Below are positions 9,488 to 19,205 of a DNA stretch of 64,000 nucleotides, in pieces. The notes beneath the pieces were generated by a model. The model was given only the letters and a program-made list of their open reading frames with translations, searched no databases and was not told the origin of the DNA. This stretch comes from Bacillus subtilis subsp. subtilis str. 168 (GTDB taxonomy: Bacteria > Bacillota > Bacilli > Bacillales > Bacillaceae), in NCBI RefSeq assembly GCF_000009045.1, contig NC_000964.3, forward strand, positions 3,720,001 through 3,784,000. Reading direction: 5' to 3'. The translations under genes were made by a program, and so were the position numbers. Position 1 is the first letter of the stretch. Each line of letters begins with the position of its first letter.

Positions 9488-10810
9488 CTATTGAATTGCA
9501 CCTGACGGAACAACCGCCTTCCGTCCGACAGAATAATACTCCACTCCTGCAGCCAAAGCCTCATCCAATGTGTAGCAGTTTCTGCCGTCAAATATGAGCG
9601 GCGTTTCCATCAAATCCTGATAAGCCGCTAACGGGAATTGTTTAATGTCAGCCCAGTCGGTTAAAATCATGACGGCGTCAGACCCTTTGACAGCTTCCTC
9701 GATCGTCTCTTTATATTCAACAGCTTGCGGGAGAACATGCTTTGCATGGCTAACTGCAATGGGATCGTAGGCTCTGATACGGGCGTCGAGCGCAGCGAGA
9801 CGGTCTGCAATAACAATTGACGGCGCTTCTCTCATATCGTCGGTATTCGGTTTAAATGACAGGCCTAAAAGGGCAATCGTTTTTCCCGTCACCCCACCGA
9901 GCCTGTTCAGCGCTTTATCAACCAGCATCGCCTGCTGATTGTTGTTGACTTTGATAACGGATTTCAGCAGTTCAAAATCATGCTCGACATTGCCGGCAAT
10001 TTGCACGAGGGCGTTTGTGTCCTTTGGAAAACAAGAGCCGCCGTAGCCTATGCCCGCTTTTAAAAACTGGCTCCCGATCCGCTTATCCTGTCCCATCCCG
10101 TATGCGACTGCTTCAATATCGGCGCCGACCTTTTCACATATATTCGAAATTTCGTTTATAAAACTGATCTTAGTGGCCAGAAAAGCATTTGAGGCATATT
10201 TGATCATCTCGGCGCTTCTGATATCCGTTTGGTAAATCGGGATTTGAAACGGACGGAAGAGCTCCTCCAGCGTATTTGCTGTTTTCTCATCGGCCGTCCC
10301 GATCACGATCCTGTCACCATGAAAGGTATCATAGATCGCCGACCCCTCACGCAAAAATTCCGGATTGGATGCGACCGAAATACTGACAGGCTCCGCTAGA
10401 TGTTCAGTAATCAGTCCATTAATCAAATCGTTTGTCCCAACGGGCACTGTGCTTTTCGTTACCACGACTGTATCTCGTTTGACATGCTTTGCGATGCGTT
10501 TGGCCGCATCTGTAATTTGCTCCAGATTGGCGTGCCCGTCGCTTTTCTGCGGTGTGCCGACCGCTATAAAAATGATGTCTGCCTGTGCCAAGCCTTTCTC
10601 ATAGCTCGTTTCAAAGTTCAGCCGTCCATCAGCTGTATTTTTTCTCATCAGCTCTTCAAGACCTGGTTCAAATATGGGGGAAATGCCCTTTCTCATTTCA
10701 TCAATCTTGTGAGCGTCAATATCAATGCAGGTTACATGATGTCCAATCTCAGAAAGAGAAACACCTGTCACAAGACCGACATAGCCTGTTCCGATGACTG
10801 TTATATTCAT
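9488..10810 (-). CDS. ugd: UDP-glucose 6-dehydrogenase
   Basis: Rossmann GTGYVG, SNPEFLREG and catalytic GYGGSCFPKD; start at 10810 follows GGAGGG (440 aa). Confidence 0.95.
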   Translation of the reverse strand: MNITVIGTGYVGLVTGVSLSEIGHHVTCIDIDAHKIDEMRKGISPIFEPGLEELMRKNTADGRLNFETSYEKGLAQADIIFIAVGTPQKSDGHANLEQITDAAKRIAKHVKRDTVVVTKSTVPVGTNDLINGLITEHLAEPVSISVASNPEFLREGSAIYDTFHGDRIVIGTADEKTANTLEELFRPFQIPIYQTDIRSAEMIKYASNAFLATKISFINEISNICEKVGADIEAVAYGMGQDKRIGSQFLKAGIGYGGSCFPKDTNALVQIAGNVEHDFELLKSVIKVNNNQQAMLVDKALNRLGGVTGKTIALLGLSFKPNTDDMREAPSIVIADRLAALDARIRAYDPIAVSHAKHVLPQAVEYKETIEEAVKGSDAVMILTDWADIKQFPLAAYQDLMETPLIFDGRNCYTLDEALAAGVEYYSVGRKAVVPSGAIQ

Positions 10811-11004
10811 TGTTTCCCTCCAACAGTTAAATTGCTGCTTTGCAGCTTCCGTAATATCGTATGAGAACATCCTATCATGAATGCGAATGATCTCCCGCAT
10901 AGCCTGTCGGGTACAGCCTGTACAGATTTCTGAAATGTGATTCAACCATACAATACACTATTATATCGCTCTCAAAAAGAAAGTGGTGAAATGAGAATCG
11001 GCTG

Positions 11005-11769
11005 TTAAAAAAAACCAAACAATTTTCTTCTTTTGACCGGCTGCGGAGGCTGTCTGAAGATGGTCTGATTCCGCAGGAGAAGCTCTGCATTTTCCGTCAG
11101 CATATAAGGAAGTTCCGAGCCGAATTCTTTCTCTAGAACATAAAGAGCCTCTTGAGTGTGAAAATTTCTCGTTTTCACATTATGGGCATCTGAGGCTACG
11201 AAATGGATCAAATTGGCTTCAACCAGCCGGAGAGAAAATGCTTTCAGCTGCTTGCCGAAGATCCCCGCAAGACTTCCTGAAGTAATCTGAGATGCTGCTC
11301 CTTTTTCCACAAGATGATACAGCAAGGACGGGTTTTCGCGAATTTCCCTGTTGCGTTCAGGATGGGCGATAACCGGAATATATCCTTTCAGCTGCAAATC
11401 ATAAAAAAGCTGCTCCGCATATCGGGGAACGTGATCAAACGGAAACTCAATCAAGATGTATTTTGTATCATTCAGCGAAAGCAGCTGACGTTTGGCAAGG
11501 TCTTGTTCCACCTCGCCGTAGATTCTGATTTCCTGTCCCGGAAGCACATGTAAAGGAATGTCTTCTTTGATTAAACGTTTGTTTAACTGATCTGCTGCTT
11601 CTCTGACTGCGGCTGGCTCGTTTTTATACACACCGTTGTTATGATGAGGTGTCGCAATGATCGTCCGGATTCCCTGACGAACAGCTGCTCTTGCCATTTC
11701 TATGCTGTCGGCCGAATCACCTGCCCCGTCATCCATTGCGGGAAGAATGTGACAGTGAATATCGATCAT
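11005..11769 (-). CDS. ptpZ: PHP-family protein tyrosine phosphatase
   Basis: MIDIHCHILP, ATPHH, IAHPERN and ASDAH motifs. Confidence 0.95.
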   Translation of the reverse strand: MIDIHCHILPAMDDGAGDSADSIEMARAAVRQGIRTIIATPHHNNGVYKNEPAAVREAADQLNKRLIKEDIPLHVLPGQEIRIYGEVEQDLAKRQLLSLNDTKYILIEFPFDHVPRYAEQLFYDLQLKGYIPVIAHPERNREIRENPSLLYHLVEKGAASQITSGSLAGIFGKQLKAFSLRLVEANLIHFVASDAHNVKTRNFHTQEALYVLEKEFGSELPYMLTENAELLLRNQTIFRQPPQPVKRRKLFGFF

Positions 11770-11821
11770 GTCCTAGCCCCCTTTTTTCGCAAAAATAAAT
11801 AACGGGCACGATGCACGTTAT

Positions 11822-12535
11822 TTATTTTTGCATGAAATTGTCCTTGGTTCCGTAATATCCGTATTCAGAGTGCTTCGAAAGCTTTTTGCCGTTCATAATC
11901 GCCCCAAGGAGCTTGCTTTTGCACGTTGCAAGCGCCTCTTTCGCTTTTGCGGCTTGTTCTTTTTCTGTTTTCCCGCTTGAAATAACCAGAACAGAACCGT
12001 CTGCCACGTTGCCTAAAATCTGTGCATCTGCTACGGCAAGAATAGGCGGCGTATCAAAAATGACCATATCATATGCCGCACACGCTTCGTATGCAAGCTC
12101 CTTCATCCACTTCGAGGAGAGAAGCTCGGCCGGGTTTGGCGGGATCGGGCCGCTCGTCAGCACGTCAAGATGTTTTTCATTCGATGCTTGTACAGCCTGC
12201 TCCATAGAGCTTTTCTTTAATAAAACAGATGTTAAGCCAACCGTATTTTCAAGAAAAAAAGCCGTATGTACTGTTGGTTTTCGCAAATCAGCATCAATCA
12301 GGAGCACTTTTTTTCCCTGTTGGGCGAATACGACAGCCAGGTTGGCGGCCGTTGTTGATTTTCCTTCCCCCGGACAAGCCGATGTAATCATGACTGATTT
12401 CATTTGCCGGTCCACTGAAGCAAATTCTATATTCGTGCGAATCGTCCGATATTGTTCAGAGTTCAAGGATTTCGGCTCTGTCATTGCAATGACATTTCTC
12501 TGCATCCGCGAGCCTCTGTTTTTTCTAAGCGCCAA
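11822..12535 (-). CDS. ptkA: BY-kinase (bacterial tyrosine kinase)
   Basis: Walker A GEGKST, LLIDADLRKP, VIFDTPP and C-terminal Tyr cluster YGYYG; TTG start (237 aa). Confidence 0.93.
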   Translation of the reverse strand: MALRKNRGSRMQRNVIAMTEPKSLNSEQYRTIRTNIEFASVDRQMKSVMITSACPGEGKSTTAANLAVVFAQQGKKVLLIDADLRKPTVHTAFFLENTVGLTSVLLKKSSMEQAVQASNEKHLDVLTSGPIPPNPAELLSSKWMKELAYEACAAYDMVIFDTPPILAVADAQILGNVADGSVLVISSGKTEKEQAAKAKEALATCKSKLLGAIMNGKKLSKHSEYGYYGTKDNFMQK

Positions 12536-13271
12536 AATGTCCACTCCCCGTTTTTTCAGATTGGAAACCCTGTAAGGTCTTTGCTGTTTTCTGCTCATTC
12601 GCAATGGTGGAAACTGTCCCTAAAACAGGTATGTCCAGCAAGGATTCGAGCTGCTCTTCCGATTTGATCGTATTATCCAAATGCTCAAGCAGGAAGGCCA
12701 GTCCGATGCTTCCCGCCAATCCGGCCGCAAACGCGATGGCAATGTTTAGTAGCGGCTTTGGCGATACAGGGGACGGGTGTTCTGAAACCTCGGCTTTTGA
12801 CAGAATGCTGACATTGTCAACATTCATAATGGATGTGATTTTGTCTTGAAAAACAGATGCTATAGTATTGGCAATATGAGCCGCTGTTTCCGCGTTTTCA
12901 TCCCTGACTGATATGTTGACCACTTGGGAGTCCTGTTCGCTGGATACGGTAATTTTGTCATTCAGTTCTTGGGATGTCATCGACAGGCCCATTTCTTTAA
13001 TGACTTCATCTAAGATGGCAGGGCTCTTAATGATGACATTGTACGTATTGATTAACTGAAGATTGGTTTGGACATCGTTAAATTGGACTTCTTTTCGTTC
13101 ATTTTTCGATTGGTTGACCAGAATCTGAGTTGAATTTTCATAGATGGGTGTAAGTGCGAAGAAACTAATGAGTCCGCCGGCAGCAGTGGCAGCCGCGGTT
13201 ACAATCATAATCAAAAGTATGCGTTTTGTTAACGTTGATAATATCTCTTTTAAGCTTGTAGATTCTCCCAT
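12525..13271 (-). CDS. tkmA: BY-kinase transmembrane modulator (Wzz/CapA-like)
   Basis: Two TM segments, PIYENSTQILV and PVSPKPLLNIAIA; start follows GGAGG (248 aa). Confidence 0.92.
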   Translation of the reverse strand: MGESTSLKEILSTLTKRILLIMIVTAAATAAGGLISFFALTPIYENSTQILVNQSKNERKEVQFNDVQTNLQLINTYNVIIKSPAILDEVIKEMGLSMTSQELNDKITVSSEQDSQVVNISVRDENAETAAHIANTIASVFQDKITSIMNVDNVSILSKAEVSEHPSPVSPKPLLNIAIAFAAGLAGSIGLAFLLEHLDNTIKSEEQLESLLDIPVLGTVSTIANEQKTAKTLQGFQSEKTGSGHFGA

Positions 13272-13475
13272 GATACCTCCAAATCTCTTATAACATCCTT
13301 TTCCATCTACGATTATACAACGTTGAAACCGCATTTCTCCAGCTTTTCACGTGACATAATTCGACATTTTTTTACAATGCGTTATGTTAGTACTTTTTAT
13401 GTAAGCGCTATATTTACTGTGTTGACAGTGCTGTCTCATTTTCTCTTATTCGGGCAGTCACGTTCTCTCGCATAA

Positions 13476-13506
13476 AAAAATCCCGCTAAAGGCGTGCGGG
13501 ATTTTT
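13476..13506 (-). terminator. ywzD terminator
   Basis: AAAAATCCCGC...GCGGGATTTTT. Confidence 0.75.
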
Positions 13507-13648
13507 ATGTTGCATATCCATTTTTAATATGAGAAATCAAATTTTCAAGCATTTCCTTCGTCGTCATCTCAGATGACTGCTCACCAATTTCATGTGCATG
13601 CATCAAAATTTTCAGAAATTCTTCTTGATTCAATTTCTTTTCACTCAT
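13505..13648 (-). CDS. ywzD: 47-aa protein of unknown function
   Basis: Below the ORF-track cutoff. MSEKKLNQEEFLKILMHAHEIGEQSSEMTTKEMLENLISHIKNGYAT, with GAAAGG upstream and its own terminator. Confidence 0.75.
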   Translation of the reverse strand: MSEKKLNQEEFLKILMHAHEIGEQSSEMTTKEMLENLISHIKNGYAT

Positions 13649-13851
13649 CTTTTTTTTCCTTTCAGCTTCCATTAAGTTGAAAACACGATTATTATATGAT
13701 GCTGGTTATCAATTTGCAATCTCTAATACATCATTCGACACATCCTATTTTTTATGTCCTTTTTTAGGAAAAACTTTTTAAGGCCGATGTGTTGCGATAT
13801 AATAGAGAAATTGGATCTTTTTATTACGTGACTCGGTTAGGAGCGATAATC

Positions 13852-15462
13852 ATGCTTCAGAATATGATTTCCAAAGACGATGTGCTGGCATCTGCTGAAC
13901 AGTTAAAAGAACTTCTTCCTTACAATGAGGAAAATGTTCAGCTGATCAAAAAAGCCCTTATTTTATATCGGCAGGATTCAGTCTATCGTTTACAAGCAGT
14001 GAGTCCGACGGAAGTTACGGCTTACGTGCAGGATGTTGTGCCTGTGCGGGTCACATTGAACTTGTTTGTCATAGTCAAAAGCGGCTGTTCATGTCCGTCC
14101 GGAAGAATCTGCCGCCATATGCTGGCTGTGTTTTTATATGTATATGCAATGTTCGAGCGAGTGGGTACTTTTACAGAGTATTGGCTGGAGAGGGAAAAGC
14201 TTGAGGAAAGCAAAGAGCTCGTCCGCCGCCAGTTTCAGGAAAAGGTGCTGCCTAATGAAGAATCACTTTCAAGCTGGCTTGCTTTTTTTGATTCAGAGTT
14301 TTCTCTCTGGCAGGCACGTACGCCAGAAGGCAGCCAAAACATGCAGGGCCTCTATTACGGCTACCTGTCCGCATTAAAAAAACATGCGCCGAACAAGCCG
14401 GAGCTGAAAAGCCTGTATCAGATTCATTCCGCGATTGCGGTTTGGCTTCGCATGTTCACATTGATTGAAGCGGGCAAGCTAAACCCCGAACAAGATTTTT
14501 ATTCCCTCAATCCGTACGTTGAACAGCTGATGGATACAATCTACAGCTCTATTGATAAATTAAAAACGTACGCGCTGTCTTTTGCGCTTGATCCGTTTTT
14601 GGATAAAACACCGGATGTTATCCGGCATTTGCTGTTGAAAGAAGAAATTTTCCAATATGAACGCATCCGCGTCTTCGGTGAAATTTGGAGTGCGCTGCTG
14701 TCGCGGCCAAAATGGGTGGCACGCGAACAGGAGATATTGAAAAAAGAAGCAGGACGGCGTTTTTCTCCCGAATTGCAATTCGGGCGCCTGCATTTGGAAT
14801 TCCTGCAAAAAAATGATGACGTTATTTTTGAGGAAGCGGATCAATTCCCGCCGGAAGCGCTCCCTTATACATTCCAATGGCTGAGTGAAATGACTGCCAA
14901 GAAGGACTGGAAACGGCTTAAAACATGGTACCAGCAAATTGAACCAATTGCGATGGGTTATACGAAGCTGGATAAGCCGTTTAAAGAGATTCGCGATGTG
15001 ATCGGCGAGCTGTTCCTTCTGTTGAATGCCTATGTGCAGCAAACCAATGATCAAGCGCTGTTTGAGCGCTTTGCCGCGGGCTGTCTGCCGTATACGTTCA
15101 CAGAATACAGCCATCATTTATATGAAAAAAAACGCTATGCCGAGTGGATTGAAATTCATAGCCTTGTCGGCTTTTCCATCAATGAAATGGATAAAATGAT
15201 GCTCAAGGAAATTGCAGCGAGCGACCCTGAGGCGCTTATACCGGCTTACCATAGAGAAGTGGCTTTTTTCATTGATCAGAAGAACCGTAGCTCGTACAAG
15301 GAAGCCGCCCGGTATTTGAAAAAATTGCGCACCCTGTACAAAAAAGCGAAAAAGCAGAAGGTGTGGGAGCGGTATATTCAGCTGCTGAGCTCGCATTACA
15401 AGCGCCTGCGTGCGCTTCAAGAAGAACTGCAGAAAGGAAAGTTGATTGATGGCGAGTCTTAA
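13852..15462 (+). CDS. ywqB: SWIM zinc-finger protein
   Basis: CSCPSGRICRH (CxC...CxH); start at 13852 follows AGGAG. Confidence 0.88.
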   Translation: MLQNMISKDDVLASAEQLKELLPYNEENVQLIKKALILYRQDSVYRLQAVSPTEVTAYVQDVVPVRVTLNLFVIVKSGCSCPSGRICRHMLAVFLYVYAMFERVGTFTEYWLEREKLEESKELVRRQFQEKVLPNEESLSSWLAFFDSEFSLWQARTPEGSQNMQGLYYGYLSALKKHAPNKPELKSLYQIHSAIAVWLRMFTLIEAGKLNPEQDFYSLNPYVEQLMDTIYSSIDKLKTYALSFALDPFLDKTPDVIRHLLLKEEIFQYERIRVFGEIWSALLSRPKWVAREQEILKKEAGRRFSPELQFGRLHLEFLQKNDDVIFEEADQFPPEALPYTFQWLSEMTAKKDWKRLKTWYQQIEPIAMGYTKLDKPFKEIRDVIGELFLLLNAYVQQTNDQALFERFAAGCLPYTFTEYSHHLYEKKRYAEWIEIHSLVGFSINEMDKMMLKEIAASDPEALIPAYHREVAFFIDQKNRSSYKEAARYLKKLRTLYKKAKKQKVWERYIQLLSSHYKRLRALQEELQKGKLIDGES

Positions 15463-18217
15463 AGAAATTCTCATCCACGTCGAACAAATGGAAGATGGGT
15501 CATTTACGCTCTCAGCCTTTGATGAGAATGAGCAGCCTCTTCCCTACAGCCATATGAAAAAGCATTTGTTCCAATGGCATGAATCCTCATTTTACGGAAC
15601 CTTTCTAGAGGATGTCAGCTTCATCGGGACGACTGCTGTCCTTCTATCTCCATGGATGACTGTAGAGCTTCTCGGCAAAAACTCGTTCAACTCATTCAGC
15701 TCCGTGCAGCTTACAGAAGAAACGGAGCCGCTGATCGAGGCGGCATCGACCATCTATGAATTTATCGCGGACGGCGATTTTATGCCTGACTATGACGCAT
15801 GGACAAACGGTGTTTTTCGCTGGAAGGACCGCGATAATATACTGGAAGGCTTTACTGCGGAATGGTTTTCCGCTGCCGTACAGGATTACATCCAGTACGA
15901 CGATGACCTGCGGGAGAAATGGGAACATATCAAGGAAAAATCGCCTGCGGTTACGACATTCCGTGGCCATTTTCTTGATGAAGAGGATTTTCTGGAAGGC
16001 ATTGGCTGGATTGACGATCAATCTCCATTTACTGTCGGCTTGCGCTTAAATGAACCGGACTTTGACGGAGACGAATGGAAGATCGAGATGTTTTTACGCG
16101 ATAAAAAGAGCGGTGCTGTAGAATTCTTTGACGGACTGAAGAGCCTCAAAAAATCGTGGCAGGCGTACAGCGATAAAATCGCGCGTGAGCAGGACCGCTT
16201 TCACAGAACGGTTCCGTGGCTGTCGTTTGATTCCGGGACAACGCTGATCTCGGAGGAAGAAGCCTGGATCTTCCTGTCAGAAGCAAGTGAGACGCTTGTC
16301 GATATGGGGGTAGAAATCCTCCTGCCGTCCTGGTGGCAGATTGTCAGAGACAGCAACATGATGCTGAAAGCAAAGGTGTCTTCCTCCCCGCGCGGCGAGT
16401 CATTTGTCGGCATGAATGCACTGCTTGATTTCAACTGGCGGTTTGCGACAAATGGAATTGAACTGACTGAGGCTGAATTTAATGAGCTTGTCGCCAGCAA
16501 CAGGCGCCTTGTTAATATCCGCGGGCAATGGGTTAAAATCGATCCGCAGTTTATCAAACAGATGAAACGCCTGATGGAAAAAGCAGAATCAGAGGGACTC
16601 CACATGTCTGATATTCTGGCGCGGGAGCTAATGGATCAGCAGGATGGCGGACTTGAGGATTCGGACCTGATTGATACATCTGCTTTTGCCGGCATTCAGT
16701 TTGATCTGTCTAAACAGCTCAGGTCACTGATTCGAAAGCTCACTGCCGCGGAAAACCTGCCGGAGCACAAAGTCAGTCCTTCTTTCAAAGGAACGCTCCG
16801 CCCTTATCAGAAATACGGCATGAACTGGCTGCTGTTTCTGCGGGAAAGCGGTTTTGGCGCCTGTCTGGCTGACGATATGGGGCTTGGGAAAACGATTCAA
16901 ATGATCGCCTATTTCCTTCACGTGAAGGAAAGCGGCCGACAAAAAACGCCTCATTTGATTATTGCGCCGACATCCGTACTTGGCAACTGGCAGCGGGAGC
17001 TTCAAACCTTTGCCCCTGATCTGTCTGTCGCGCTCCATTATGGGCCGCGCCGGCCAAAGGGTGATGATTTCGCCGCGCATTATGAAAACGCAGACGTGGT
17101 GCTCACTTCATACGGTCTGTCACATGCCGATACTGAAGAGCTTTCTTCTGTGACATGGAACACGATCTGCCTTGATGAAGCGCAAAATATTAAAAACGCG
17201 CATACGAAGCAATCACGCGCAATCAGGAAGCTGAAGGGGCTTCACCATATCGCGCTGAGCGGCACGCCGATGGAAAACCGACTGACTGAGCTGTGGTCTA
17301 TTTTTGACTTCATGAATAAAGGCTACCTCGGCAGTTTGACCGGCTTCCATAAACGCTATGTGCTGCCGATCGAAAAAGACCGGGACGAAAAGAGAATCGG
17401 ACAGCTTCAGCAATTAATCCGGCCATTCCTTCTCCGCCGGACGAAACGGGATGAAGAGGTCGCGCTTAATCTTCCTGAGAAGCTGGAAGAAAAAGAATTT
17501 ATCCCTCTGTCAGCCGAGCAGGCATCCCTTTATGAGCAGCTCGTCAAAGACACTTTTGACCATATGACATCCCTGACCGGCATGCAGCGAAAAGCGCTGA
17601 TCCTCAGCATGCTTGGACGGCTCAAGCAAATATGCGATCATCCCGCGCTTTATTTAAAGGAAGAGCAAACCGAGCTGCTGGCCGGCAGATCAGTCAAGCT
17701 CGAAAAATTGCTGGAACTGATGACAGCGATCCGCGCCCAAAACGAAAGCTGCCTGATTTTCACGCAATACATTCAGATGGGGAACATGATGAAGCGGCTG
17801 CTTGAAAAAACGTTCGGGGAACCTGTGCAATTTTTAAATGGGAGTCTCTCCAAGCAAGAGCGGGATACACTCGTTGAGAAATTTCAAAGGAAAGAATATC
17901 CGACACTGATTCTTTCACTCAAAGCTGGAGGCACCGGACTTAATTTGACCGCCGCCAATCACGTCATCCATTATGACAGATGGTGGAACCCGGCGGTTGA
18001 AAATCAAGCGACTGACCGTGCATACCGCATAGGCCAGGAGCGCTTTGTCCACGTTCATAAAATGATTACGACAGGAACAATCGAAGAAAAAATTGATGTC
18101 ATGCTTGAATCCAAGCAAACCCTGAACGATCAAATTATCCAAAGTGAAAACTGGATTACCGAGCTTTCCACACAGGAGCTCGAAGAATTGTTTACATTAA
18201 GCGCTACAGCGCAATAA
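15449..18217 (+). CDS. ywqA: SNF2-family helicase/ATPase
   Basis: LADDMGLGKT, DEAQ, LSGTPMEN, SLKAGGTGLNL and QATDRAYRIGQ motifs. Confidence 0.95.
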   Translation: MASLKEILIHVEQMEDGSFTLSAFDENEQPLPYSHMKKHLFQWHESSFYGTFLEDVSFIGTTAVLLSPWMTVELLGKNSFNSFSSVQLTEETEPLIEAASTIYEFIADGDFMPDYDAWTNGVFRWKDRDNILEGFTAEWFSAAVQDYIQYDDDLREKWEHIKEKSPAVTTFRGHFLDEEDFLEGIGWIDDQSPFTVGLRLNEPDFDGDEWKIEMFLRDKKSGAVEFFDGLKSLKKSWQAYSDKIAREQDRFHRTVPWLSFDSGTTLISEEEAWIFLSEASETLVDMGVEILLPSWWQIVRDSNMMLKAKVSSSPRGESFVGMNALLDFNWRFATNGIELTEAEFNELVASNRRLVNIRGQWVKIDPQFIKQMKRLMEKAESEGLHMSDILARELMDQQDGGLEDSDLIDTSAFAGIQFDLSKQLRSLIRKLTAAENLPEHKVSPSFKGTLRPYQKYGMNWLLFLRESGFGACLADDMGLGKTIQMIAYFLHVKESGRQKTPHLIIAPTSVLGNWQRELQTFAPDLSVALHYGPRRPKGDDFAAHYENADVVLTSYGLSHADTEELSSVTWNTICLDEAQNIKNAHTKQSRAIRKLKGLHHIALSGTPMENRLTELWSIFDFMNKGYLGSLTGFHKRYVLPIEKDRDEKRIGQLQQLIRPFLLRRTKRDEEVALNLPEKLEEKEFIPLSAEQASLYEQLVKDTFDHMTSLTGMQRKALILSMLGRLKQICDHPALYLKEEQTELLAGRSVKLEKLLELMTAIRAQNESCLIFTQYIQMGNMMKRLLEKTFGEPVQFLNGSLSKQERDTLVEKFQRKEYPTLILSLKAGGTGLNLTAANHVIHYDRWWNPAVENQATDRAYRIGQERFVHVHKMITTGTIEEKIDVMLESKQTLNDQIIQSENWITELSTQELEELFTLSATAQ

Positions 18218-18225
18218 TCATGACT

Positions 18226-18258
18226 AAAAAAGCTGGCTCTAAAAGAGCCAGCTTTTTT
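18226..18258. terminator. Bidirectional terminator, ywqA/ywpJ
   Basis: AAAAAAGCTGGCTCT-AAA-AGAGCCAGCTTTTTT. Confidence 0.9.
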
Positions 18259-18342
18259 CCGTTCATAGCCGTCACGCCGAATTTCCAAAAAATCCGTTAC
18301 GCCGGTTATCAACAGGGTGCGCTTTTGTGGCAGCACATATAC

Positions 18343-19200
18343 TTACAACAAATGTTTCATCATATGTGCGACACCGTGTTCGTCATTGGTTAAGGTGACA
18401 GCATCGGCTATCGATTTGATGTCTTCCCGGGCATTGCCCATCGCTACACCTTTTCCCGCAGCCTCCAGCATCGATTTGTCATTTAAACTGTCACCTACAG
18501 CAGCAGTTTCCTCGAGCGGAATATTCAGCTGTTTTGCAAGCCTCTTCAGCGCCTGCCCCTTGGAAGCTTTGCGGGAAGAAAGCTCAAAGTTGTGCTCAGC
18601 CGAACTGACAAGCGTCAAATCTTCGGCATGCTCATATCTTTTCCAGCCTGCCTCAAGCTTTTCTTTGAAGAAAGAAAAGCCGAGAATATTGTAAAAATCG
18701 ATTGGCTCATCGGCTTCAAACAGCTCTTGAAAGGAGTTAATGTAAGCAAAGCCCGATTGGCTGTATTGCACCTCGGCCGCCTGCTTAAGGACAGAAAGAT
18801 CCGCTTCCGGATTTGCGCTTCTGAATCTGTCGAGCTCAACATCAAGAAGTTCTCTGCCGTTTTGCGGCGTATAAATCGCTGAACCTGTGAATACCTCATA
18901 ATAATAGTTTTCCGACTCAAGCCATGAGAGAATGTCATACGCCCGTTTCTTATCAATCGTTTCGTGATGATAAAGCCTGCCCTCGGGATCGTGAATGACG
19001 GCGCCGTTTGCACTGATGACCCATGTTTTGATCCCCAGCGGTTCAAAGATTGACATGACGTCAAAATGAGCGCGCCCAGTTGACACCACCACTTCAATGC
19101 CGTCCCGCTGCGCCTGCCGCAGTGCGTTTTCATTTTCCAAGCTTACCTGATGCTTGCTGTTGAGTAAGGTTCCATCTAAGTCAATCGCAATTAATTTCAC
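18343..19200 (-). CDS. ywpJ: Cof-like HAD phosphatase
   Basis: DLDGTLL, STGR and GDSLNDKSML motifs. Confidence 0.92.
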   Translation of the reverse strand: MKLIAIDLDGTLLNSKHQVSLENENALRQAQRDGIEVVVSTGRAHFDVMSIFEPLGIKTWVISANGAVIHDPEGRLYHHETIDKKRAYDILSWLESENYYYEVFTGSAIYTPQNGRELLDVELDRFRSANPEADLSVLKQAAEVQYSQSGFAYINSFQELFEADEPIDFYNILGFSFFKEKLEAGWKRYEHAEDLTLVSSAEHNFELSSRKASKGQALKRLAKQLNIPLEETAAVGDSLNDKSMLEAAGKGVAMGNAREDIKSIADAVTLTNDEHGVAHMMKHLL

Positions 19201-19205
19201 GTTTG

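Noticed and set aside
10811-10945. 45-aa N-terminal extension of Ugd, and similar long starts for ptkA, tkmA, mscL, fabZ, ywnJ, clsA, ywmF, rapB and others
   Set aside because: Good RBSs sit at the downstream starts and the family motifs begin there; the extensions are artefacts of longest-ORF calling.
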